From Hyphomonadaceae bacterium (GTDB lineage Bacteria > Pseudomonadota > Alphaproteobacteria > Caulobacterales > Aquidulcibacteraceae), in contig JAKFWO010000038.1 in assembly GCA_021731815.1 (NCBI GenBank), forward strand, positions 224-64,223: a DNA stretch of 64,000 bases, read 5' to 3'. Shown one piece after another: positions 28,926 through 36,607 of this stretch (the stretch's first letter is position 1; the number at the start of each line of letters is the position of its first letter). Below the pieces are notes generated by a model. It was given only the letters and a program-made list of their open reading frames with translations, was not told where the DNA came from and did not search any database. The translations under genes were made by a program, and so were the position numbers.

Positions 28926-29687
28926 TCAGCTCTTGTCCGGTTTTCCCTTGACCGGCCCCGGGGCCAATTCCTTGCGCAAGGCGGCGATTTCGGCTTCGAC
29001 CCGGGCGAAATCGGCGCCTGGCACATGCCGCCCATTGATGAAGAAGCTGGGCGTTCCATCCACACCAAGTTTCTGCGCCAGGTCCCCGGTCGTCGCGATC
29101 CGCGCGTCAATTTCCGGCAGGCGCATATCGGCACGCAATTGTGCGACATCGAGACCGGCCTCACGCGCGATCCTGTCGATGGCATTCTGATTGGGAACGC
29201 CTTTGAGCGCCAATAACCGGCCGTGGAAATCGAAATATTTGCCTTGCCGCTCTGCCGCAAGGCCGGCTCTGGCCGCGAGGATAGAATCCTCACCAAAAAT
29301 CGGCAATTCCTTGAAAACGATGCGGATATCGGGTTGATCGGCGTGGAGTTTCCGCATGAAATCCAGCGAATTTTTGCAAAACCCACATTGGTAATCAAAG
29401 AATTCCACAAGCGTGATCGCGGCGTCTTCCGCCCCGATCGCCGGATCGCCCTCGTCATTTTCAAGCTGCGGTCGCAGGCCGGCGATTGCGCTCTGACGAT
29501 CTGCCGCGCGCTTTGCTTCCAGCGCCCGGATCATTTCATCGAGGATTTCGGGATTGGCAAGGAGCCAGGTCCGGACTTTGGTTCCGAACGCGTCATCGAC
29601 CTTTTGAGGGGCATCGGAAGGCCCCTGCGAACATGCCGCGAGCAGCAAAACAGCGCTCGCCGCGGCAAGAATCCATCGGCCCATCAT
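28926..29687 (-). CDS. DsbA-family thiol:disulfide oxidoreductase, lipoprotein
   Basis: The track start 29711 is a GTG. ATG 29687 gives MMGRWILAAASAVLLLAACS (lipobox). Thioredoxin-fold active site FFDYQCGFCK. Confidence 0.8.
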   Translation of the reverse strand: MMGRWILAAASAVLLLAACSQGPSDAPQKVDDAFGTKVRTWLLANPEILDEMIRALEAKRAADRQSAIAGLRPQLENDEGDPAIGAEDAAITLVEFFDYQCGFCKNSLDFMRKLHADQPDIRIVFKELPIFGEDSILAARAGLAAERQGKYFDFHGRLLALKGVPNQNAIDRIAREAGLDVAQLRADMRLPEIDARIATTGDLAQKLGVDGTPSFFINGRHVPGADFARVEAEIAALRKELAPGPVKGKPDKS

Positions 29688-29842
29688 TCCGGCTCCAGCA
29701 AGAATTTTCACAATTCACCTGCTTTCATCATTTCGGACTGGCACTCGATCCCCGACACGCATCGGGTGAGGATCTCTGCCAATCGATTGCAAGATACGCA
29801 ATCCCCGGTGACAGGCCGGGAACCAGGACGGTCCTGAGACAC

Positions 29843-31255
29843 CTAAATATGGATTGCCCGACCATAGGCGTCGAGCACTGCTTCATGCATCATTTCCGAC
29901 AAGGTCGGGTGCGGAAACACGGTCGCCGCCAGTTCGGACTCAGTCGTTTCCATTCCCATCGCCACCACATAGCCCTGAATGAGCTCGGTGACTTCCGCCC
30001 CGATCATATGCGCACCCAGCAATTCGCCGGTCGCGGCATCAAACACCGTCTTGACGAGCCCCTCGGCTTCGCCCAGCGCAATCGCCTTGCCATTGCCGCG
30101 GAAGGGAAAGCGGCCGATCTTCACATTCCGTCCCGTCGCCTTTGCCGCCGCCTCGGTCAACCCGACCGAAGCGATTTGCGGCTGGCAATAGGTGCAGCCG
30201 GGGATACGCATCGGATCCAGCGCATGGACGTCCTTGACCCCGCTCAGTGCCTCGACACAGATCACCCCTTCATGCGACGCCTTGTGCGCAAGCCAGGGCG
30301 CGCCCGCCAGATCGCCGATCGCATAGAGATTGGGAACATTGGTCCGGCCATAACCATCGATGACCACATGGGTTTTCTCGATCCGGACGCCGAGCGCCTC
30401 CAGCCCCAGATTTTCCACATTGCCGACAATGCCGATGGCGAGGATCAGACGCTCGGCGGCAATGATTTCTGTCCCCCTGGAAGTGCGGATCGTCGCGCTG
30501 ACGCGGGCGGCAGATTTTTCCACTTTCTCGACCTGGGCACCGGTCAGGAATTTCATCCCCTGTTTTTCCAGCGCCTTGCGCGCGAGCGCGCTGATTTCCT
30601 CGTCCTCCACCGGAAGGATGCGGTCGAGCATTTCGACGACTGTGACCTCGGCCCCCAGACTGCGGTAAAAACTCGCAAATTCAATTCCGATGGCCCCCGA
30701 GCCGATGACCAGCAGCGATTTCGGCATGTCCTTGGGAACCATGGCTTCCTTATAGGTCCAGATCCGGTTGCCATCAGGTGCCAGGCCGGCCTGGGGGGCG
30801 ATGCGCGCCCGGGCACCCGTGGCGAGAATCACATGGCGGGCGGCCAGTTTTTGCTCACCGCCTTCCTTGCCCTTGACGATCACTGTGGGGGCCGGTGCGC
30901 CCTTTTCCAGCCGGGCCTCGCCCATGATGACCTCGATCTTGTGCTTTTTCAGCAGAAAGCCGACGCCGGAATTGAGCTGGCCCGCAATCTTGCGCGAGCG
31001 CTGCACCACCTTGCCGAGATCGAAGCGGGCATTATCACTCGCCAGACCGAATGCTTCGGCATGCTGCATCAGTGAAAATACTTCGGCGCTGCGAAGCAAC
31101 GCCTTGGTGGGGATGCAGCCCCAATTGAGGCAGATGCCTCCCAGATGTTCGCGCTCGACAATTGCGGTCTTGTGGCCAAGCTGTGCAGCGCGGATCGCCG
31201 CCACATAGCCCCCGGGGCCTGCGCCGACCACGATCACATCATAAGAGGCACTCAT
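29843..31255 (-). CDS. lpdA: dihydrolipoyl dehydrogenase (E3)
   Basis: 470 aa. VIVVGAGPGGYVAAIRAAQLG, redox disulfide GGICLNWGCIPTKALL, C-terminal interface motif FPHPTLSEMM. Confidence 0.95.
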   Translation of the reverse strand: MSASYDVIVVGAGPGGYVAAIRAAQLGHKTAIVEREHLGGICLNWGCIPTKALLRSAEVFSLMQHAEAFGLASDNARFDLGKVVQRSRKIAGQLNSGVGFLLKKHKIEVIMGEARLEKGAPAPTVIVKGKEGGEQKLAARHVILATGARARIAPQAGLAPDGNRIWTYKEAMVPKDMPKSLLVIGSGAIGIEFASFYRSLGAEVTVVEMLDRILPVEDEEISALARKALEKQGMKFLTGAQVEKVEKSAARVSATIRTSRGTEIIAAERLILAIGIVGNVENLGLEALGVRIEKTHVVIDGYGRTNVPNLYAIGDLAGAPWLAHKASHEGVICVEALSGVKDVHALDPMRIPGCTYCQPQIASVGLTEAAAKATGRNVKIGRFPFRGNGKAIALGEAEGLVKTVFDAATGELLGAHMIGAEVTELIQGYVVAMGMETTESELAATVFPHPTLSEMMHEAVLDAYGRAIHI

Positions 31256-31379
31256 CAGATCATCTCTCGTTTTGACTTTGGCTGCCAGGCCGGCAGTCGC
31301 GGCCGGTTTCAGTTCCGGGTCTCCGGTTCCCGGTTCCCGGTCTTCAGTTCAATGCATTTTCGTGCCCGGAGCAAGCGGG

Positions 31380-31913
31380 TCAGCCGCGAATACAGCCTTC
31401 GGAACTGGCCGCGCGACGGCGCAAGGCTTCCCGCCGGGCCCGGTCGGTGACGAGTTCGATCTTGCTGACGGCGCGCGCGCATAATTTGGGCTGGCCCGAG
31501 GCAAACAGGCCATCGATCAGCGCTTCCACCCCCGCCTGGCGATTGCCTGCCGACAGGCGGTTCTGGGCGCTGTCGGCGTATTCGGGATAGCCCGAGCGCC
31601 CCGCCGCCCGGATCACACCAAGCAGTGCAATGTCACGCGCGCCCGCATCTTCAAGGCCGAGCGCCGCCTGAAGACCCGAGGACAATTCGGCACGGTCATT
31701 TTCCTCGCGTTCGGCCGTCAGCCGCGCGCCTTCATCGACCGGCCTTTCCGGTCGCAAGAGCAGAAAATAAGCACTCGCTGCTGCCAGAATGACCCCGACC
31801 GCAATTCCGGCCGCCATCCGCCATTTCTTGTGCCCCGAAAACACCGCCGCAAGAACGATGCCGATGATCGCGCTGACAATGGCGAAATAGTCCTGAAACG
31901 CCATTTCCGGCAT
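31380..31913 (-). CDS. hypothetical membrane protein (two predicted TM helices)
   Basis: 177-aa ORF with an ATG start. N-terminal hydrophobic segments YFAIVSAIIGIVLAAVF and AAGIAVGVILAAASAYFLLL. No recognisable family. Coding call rests on length, position and codon bias only. Confidence 0.45.
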   Translation of the reverse strand: MPEMAFQDYFAIVSAIIGIVLAAVFSGHKKWRMAAGIAVGVILAAASAYFLLLRPERPVDEGARLTAEREENDRAELSSGLQAALGLEDAGARDIALLGVIRAAGRSGYPEYADSAQNRLSAGNRQAGVEALIDGLFASGQPKLCARAVSKIELVTDRARREALRRRAASSEGCIRG

Positions 31914-32268
31914 CCTGAGCTCCCGGGTTCAGACTGCGCTCCACAGGCGGCGCAATCGGTCTGGCCGGATTTCTCCGCCCAGGCTCCCGGCCGACGGATT
32001 CGGCCCGGGGAGGCAGAAGATTGATCCGGATAGAACGGAATCGTGTGCCCTGCCCAAGCCCCCGTCGTGAACCAACGGATTTTCGGATGCAAGACCGCAG
32101 ACGCATTCCGGCCCCAAAAGACCACATCATCCCGCGGTGAGGACGCCGCAACGAGGGCCACATGATTTGCCGGCGGGCAATTGCATATTCCCTGCGACAT
32201 CGGTCCCTTCGTCGGAACGACAATGACATCGTGAGATTGCCCGGCCCCCGATCCGCTGACGCCGTTTA

Positions 32269-32300
32269 CGGGCCAGGATCGGGGCACCGATCCTGGCCCG
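32269..32300 (-). terminator. 14-bp perfect stem hairpin downstream of hup (terminator-like, no U-tract)
   Basis: CGGGCCAGGATCGG-ggca-CCGATCCTGGCCCG (plus-strand coordinates), ~75 nt after the hup stop codon. It is the strongest hairpin I see in the window. No T-run follows on either strand. Confidence 0.45.
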
Positions 32301-32373
32301 ATCGGTTTCCACCGGCACAAATATCGGGCCAATTCCCCGAACCGGATGCGGATCGCGTCGCAGGAATCAATAT

Positions 32374-32685
32374 TCAGGACTTCTTCTTGGCTGGTTTCGG
32401 CGGCGGCGCGGGCGGCTGAACGGCGTCTTTCAGCTGTTTGCCTGCCTTGAACACCGGGCGTTTTTTGGCCGGGACCTTGACCTTCTCACCCGTGCGCGGA
32501 TTCCGCGCTTCCCGGGCCTTGGTATGCGTAATGTCAAAGCTGCCGAAGCCGGTTACCCGCACTTCATCGCCCTTGGCCAGCGCTTCCGTTACGATCTCGA
32601 CGATCGCATCGAGCGCTGCCTGCGCGTCTACTTTCTTCAAACCAGCCTTGCCGGCGACTGCGTCCACGAGTTCTGTACGATTCAT
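32374..32685 (-). CDS. hup: HU family DNA-binding protein with short Pro/Lys-rich C-terminal tail
   Basis: Trimmed to ATG 32685 (MNRTELVDAVAGKAGLKKVDAQAALDAIVEIV...RNPRTGEKVKVPAKKRPVFKAGKQLKDAV), followed by QPPAPPPKPAKKKS. It lies downstream of lon, the usual lon-hup arrangement. Confidence 0.9.
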   Translation of the reverse strand: MNRTELVDAVAGKAGLKKVDAQAALDAIVEIVTEALAKGDEVRVTGFGSFDITHTKAREARNPRTGEKVKVPAKKRPVFKAGKQLKDAVQPPAPPPKPAKKKS

Positions 32686-33013
32686 GAGAATCAACCCCCT
32701 TTTCTGTAGAGGCATTCAATATGCGGAGAAAAACGGGGCGGTCAAAAGAAAAGCGCGGGTTTTTTGTGAAAAAATCACGTTTTTACACTAAAAACGTCCA
32801 TTTTTCCATATTGCACCGCACAATTCATCATGTCCTTTGGCGTTAACCCTATTCTTGCCTTGAGTCCGGCTTTCGACATCCGACACAATTCCCTGATGGG
32901 ACCCCGGCTTCAGTCCCCCGCTTCCCGCCCCGGGGGGCAGGAAATGGCGACGCCCGCTTCCTTGTCAGGGCTCATCCGATCGTTGCAAGCCGTAATCCGT
33001 CGAGGGTCCCTGC

Positions 33014-35425
33014 CTAATTCGGCAACTGGCCGGCGGATTCGCCTTCCTCGCCCAGCCCATGTTGTGGCAGACGGACCTCGGCCTCGTCCGCCTCGGTCCA
33101 TGCGATCGGGCTCAATGGCAAAGTGAGCGCCCGGGCCAGCACCTCATCGATTGACGCAACAGGAACGATGTCCAGCGCTGTTTTCACATTGGCCGGGATA
33201 TCGGCGAGATCCTTTTCATTTTCCTTGGGGATCAGCACGGTCCGCACCCCGGCGCGCAAGGCGGCGAGCAGCTTTTCCTTGAGCCCGCCGATCGGCAGTA
33301 CCCGCCCGCGCAGAGTGATCTCGCCCGTCATGGCGATGTCGCGCGACACCGGGATCCCGGTCAGTACCGAGACGATGGCAGTCGCCATCGCAATCCCGGC
33401 CGAGGGGCCATCTTTCGGGGTCGCACCTTCGGGAACATGCACATGGATATCTGACCGGTCGAAATCCCGCGGCTTGAGGCCAAAGGCATAGCCCTTGGCG
33501 CGCACCAGTGCATTGGCAGCCTGGATCGATTCCTTCATCACCTCGCGCAGATTTCCGGTCACCGCAAAGCGGCCCTTGCCCGGCATCTTCACCGCCTCGA
33601 TGGTCAGGATTTCGCCGCCCACCTCGGTCCAGGCCAGACCGGTGACGATGCCGACCTGATCCTCGATATCGGTCTCACCGAAATGGAATTTGCGCACGCC
33701 GGCAAATTCACCGAGATTTTCGGCGGTGACGGCGACGCTGGTCACTCCATTGCCCGAGGCGATCCGCCGCACGGCCTTGCGGGCGAGATTGGCAAATTCC
33801 CGCTCAAGATTCCGCACGCCGGCCTCGCGGGTGTAATAACGGACAAGATCCCGGATCGCGTCATCATCGATCGACCATTCACCTTCCTTGAGCCCGTGGC
33901 TTTCGATCTGCTTGGGCAGAAGATGGCGCTTCGAGATTTCGATCTTTTCTTCTTCGGTATAGCCGGGGATGCGAATGATTTCCATCCGGTCCAGCAAGGG
34001 CTGCGGCATGGACAACGAATTGGCCGTCGTGATGAACATCACATCCGAAAGATCGTAATCCACTTCGAGATAGTGATCGTTGAAGGTGGAATTCTGTTCG
34101 GGATCGAGCACCTCGAGCAGTGCAGACGAAGGATCGCCGCGCCAATCAGCCCCCATCTTGTCGATTTCGTCGAGCAGGAACAGCGGATTGGTCGATTTCG
34201 TCTTGCGCATGGACTGGATGACCCGCCCCGGCATTGACCCGATATAGGTGCGTCGATGCCCCCGGATCTCGGCCTCGTCGCGCACGCCGCCCAGTGAGAC
34301 GCGGGCGAAATCACGCCCCGTCGCCTTGGCAATGGACTTGCCGAGCGAGGTCTTGCCGACCCCCGGAGGGCCAACCAGACACAGGATCGGCCCGCGCAAT
34401 TTTCCGGTGCGGGTCTGTACCGCCAGATATTCGAGAATGCGTTCCTTGACCTTTTCGAGGCCGTAATGGTCGCCATTGAGGATTTCCTCGGCCGCCGCGA
34501 GATCATGCGAGACCGGCTTGATCACCCCCCAGGGCAGCGACAGCAGCCAGTCGAGATAATTGCGCACTACGGTCGATTCAGCCGACATCGGGCTCATCTG
34601 GCGCAGTTTTTTGAGCTCGGCTTCGGCTTTCTGCCGCGCTTCCTTGCTGAGCTGGACGTCGCGAATGCGTTCCTCGAGCTCGGCCAGTTCATCGCGGCCT
34701 TCCTCGCCCTCACCCAGTTCCTTCTGGATCGCCTTCATCTGCTCGTTGAGCAGATATTCCCGCTGGGTTTTCTCCATCTGGCGCTTGACGCGACTGCGGA
34801 TTTTTTTCTCAACCTGCAACATGCCGATCTCGCCTTCCATGAAGGCAAAGATCTTCTCCAGCCGCTCCGCGACATTGAGCGTTTCCAGCAATGATTGCTT
34901 GTCGGAGATCTTGATCGCGAGATGGTGTGCAATCTGGTCGGCCAACGCATCGGGCTCGGGAATTCGCGCGACCGCGGCAACGATATCGGGCTGCAATTTC
35001 CGATTGAGCTTCACATAATGTTCGAATTGATCGACGACCGCGCGTGCCAGACCCAGGGCGTCCGGCGAATCAGCCCCGATTTCCTCGACTTCCTCGGCCT
35101 CGGCGGCATAAAAGGAATCATTGTCGAGCATCCGCACGACACGCGCGCGTCGGACGCCTTCGACCAGCACCTTGACCGTGCCATCCGGCAATTTCAGCAA
35201 TTGCATGACCGTGGCAATCGCTCCCATCTCATAGAGATCGGCGGCTTTGGGATCGTCCAGACCTTCGTCACGCTGGGCCACGAGCAGGATCTGCTTGTCC
35301 TTGCCCATGACTTCCTCGAGCGCCCGCACCGATTTCTCCCGCCCCACAAACAAGGGGGCCATGATCTGGGGAAAGACGACGATATTGCGAAGGGGCAATA
35401 CGGGATAGATGCGGGTTTTGGTCAT
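33014..35425 (-). CDS. lon: ATP-dependent Lon protease
   Basis: 803 aa. Walker [10 protein letters not shown]. Protease catalytic Ser in [11 protein letters not shown] and Lys in PIGGLKEK. Confidence 0.95.
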   Translation of the reverse strand: MTKTRIYPVLPLRNIVVFPQIMAPLFVGREKSVRALEEVMGKDKQILLVAQRDEGLDDPKAADLYEMGAIATVMQLLKLPDGTVKVLVEGVRRARVVRMLDNDSFYAAEAEEVEEIGADSPDALGLARAVVDQFEHYVKLNRKLQPDIVAAVARIPEPDALADQIAHHLAIKISDKQSLLETLNVAERLEKIFAFMEGEIGMLQVEKKIRSRVKRQMEKTQREYLLNEQMKAIQKELGEGEEGRDELAELEERIRDVQLSKEARQKAEAELKKLRQMSPMSAESTVVRNYLDWLLSLPWGVIKPVSHDLAAAEEILNGDHYGLEKVKERILEYLAVQTRTGKLRGPILCLVGPPGVGKTSLGKSIAKATGRDFARVSLGGVRDEAEIRGHRRTYIGSMPGRVIQSMRKTKSTNPLFLLDEIDKMGADWRGDPSSALLEVLDPEQNSTFNDHYLEVDYDLSDVMFITTANSLSMPQPLLDRMEIIRIPGYTEEEKIEISKRHLLPKQIESHGLKEGEWSIDDDAIRDLVRYYTREAGVRNLEREFANLARKAVRRIASGNGVTSVAVTAENLGEFAGVRKFHFGETDIEDQVGIVTGLAWTEVGGEILTIEAVKMPGKGRFAVTGNLREVMKESIQAANALVRAKGYAFGLKPRDFDRSDIHVHVPEGATPKDGPSAGIAMATAIVSVLTGIPVSRDIAMTGEITLRGRVLPIGGLKEKLLAALRAGVRTVLIPKENEKDLADIPANVKTALDIVPVASIDEVLARALTLPLSPIAWTEADEAEVRLPQHGLGEEGESAGQLPN

Positions 35426-35734
35426 ATGGCGCTCCTCGCCAGGTTTGGCTTCGGGGCCGGAGTTTGCCCCCGGCCGGAAATATTCGCCCGATCATCGGCC
35501 ATCAGATGCGGTTCCCGGGCGGAAAGCCACATCCCTGACAATCAGATCATCGAACCCCGACCGGCCACAAATGGCCCGGCGGGAGAGTCGTAAATGGGGG
35601 GTGTCGGCGCGCAGTGCCACACCCTCTTGCACCCCGACCGGTTTCGCCAGCCCGGACCGGTATCCTCCACATTGCGCCCGGGTGAATTGGATGCGAGAAT
35701 CATCCGGATTGCAAGCCGGGCAGCCCGGGCATTT

Positions 35735-35789
35735 CCCGGATGAAACCCGGATGAGCCCCGGATGAAACCCGGATGAGCCCCGGATGAAA
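35735..35789. repeat. 11-bp tandem repeat x5 (alternating, i.e. 22 bp x2.5) between lon and a small divergent ORF
   Basis: CCCGGATGAAA / CCCGGATGAGC / CCCGGATGAAA / CCCGGATGAGC / CCCGGATGAAA, exact. It ends 24 nt before the ATG at 35814. Confidence 0.95.
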
Positions 35790-35813
35790 ATCGTCCCATG
35801 CGGAGAATGGTGA

Positions 35814-36167
35814 ATGCTGTTTGGCAGAAAAATGTCGCCGCGCGGATTTTGGATTCGCCTCGCGATCTGCCTTGCGATCGATCTCGTGGATTTCACGATT
35901 GGTCGCGGCCTGATCCTCGTGCCGATCGAGGAAGTTCCCGTGGCCGGGATCATGGTCCTGATGTTCGGGTTTCCGGGGCTCGTCTACCTTGCCGAGATTG
36001 CGGAACTCACCGAACAATTCGATGCCTTCATCCCGATGGCTACGCTGATCTGCCTGTGGGTCGGCTGGCAAAACGGGTTTCTCGCGGGCCGGACGCCTCC
36101 GCCACCCGCCGGGAAGGACATCACGCCGCCCGGGCCCAAACCTCGAAATTCACCACGGAATTGGTGA
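35814..36167 (+). CDS. hypothetical small membrane protein
   Basis: 117 aa. The ATG is preceded by GGAGAA at -12 to -7. Two or three hydrophobic helices (WIRLAICLAIDLV, VAGIMVLMFGFPGLVYL, IPMATLICLWVGW) and a Pro-rich tail. Codon usage looks like neighbouring genes. No family recognised. Confidence 0.45.
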   Translation: MLFGRKMSPRGFWIRLAICLAIDLVDFTIGRGLILVPIEEVPVAGIMVLMFGFPGLVYLAEIAELTEQFDAFIPMATLICLWVGWQNGFLAGRTPPPPAGKDITPPGPKPRNSPRNW

Positions 36168-36507
36168 GTGCGCCCTTGTTTTGCAGATAAAAGAGATGCG
36201 AAATGATCGGCAGGGCGACTTCGGCCAGCCTGACCCCGGTGTGCGAACCAGATGTCGCGCCGGCTGGCGTGATGGCAAGAATGGCATTGACGTCGAATTT
36301 GAGCATTACCAGCGATGCCGCAGTCATCATGGTTTCCGTGTCGCCTGTGGTGAAATCAGCGGTCTGGAAAGCAAGCGCCCGCAACATCCACATGACCTGG
36401 CCATTGTTCAGTTGCGAAAGTCCCATCGGGGCCGCACGCTGGGCCAGGGCCGCCGCCTTCGTGACGTCCTCAATATTGACCACCCGTGCATTCAGCAGAA
36501 CCAGCAT
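36121..36507 (-). CDS. hypothetical protein (128 aa), downstream of gdhB on the same strand
   Basis: The track ORF starts at TTG 36528. ATG 36507 is preceded by GGGGAAAAAA. MLVLLNARVVNIEDVTKAAALAQRAAPMGLSQL... looks globular with gene-like codon usage. No family recognised. The 3' end overlaps the convergent ORF 35814..36167 by 47 nt. Confidence 0.45.
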   Translation of the reverse strand: MLVLLNARVVNIEDVTKAAALAQRAAPMGLSQLNNGQVMWMLRALAFQTADFTTGDTETMMTAASLVMLKFDVNAILAITPAGATSGSHTGVRLAEVALPIISHLFYLQNKGALTNSVVNFEVWARAA

Positions 36508-36607
36508 TTTTTTCCCCGGCCGCGCCAATCGCGCAGTTCAAGGAAATCTAGTCCCATATGCCTAAGATCCAGTGAATTTCTGGCCCCGGACCCGGCCTTG
36601 CGCAAGC

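Noticed and set aside
31914-32373. tRNA or other structured RNA gene downstream of hup (tRNA genes often follow hup in Alphaproteobacteria)
   Set aside because: There is no GGTTCGAATCC-type T-arm, no cloverleaf, and no SRP, tmRNA or RNase P signatures that I can recognise by eye. Only a single long hairpin is present. It is kept as a low-interest finding for an Rfam scan.
35591-35625. Sigma-54 (TGGCAC) and sigma-32 (CCCCATTT) promoter-like strings upstream of lon
   Set aside because: TGGCAC is not followed by TTGC at the required 5-nt spacing. The CCCCCCATTTA -10-like string has no CTTG -35 partner at 13-18 nt. It is mentioned only as a weak lead in the lon finding.
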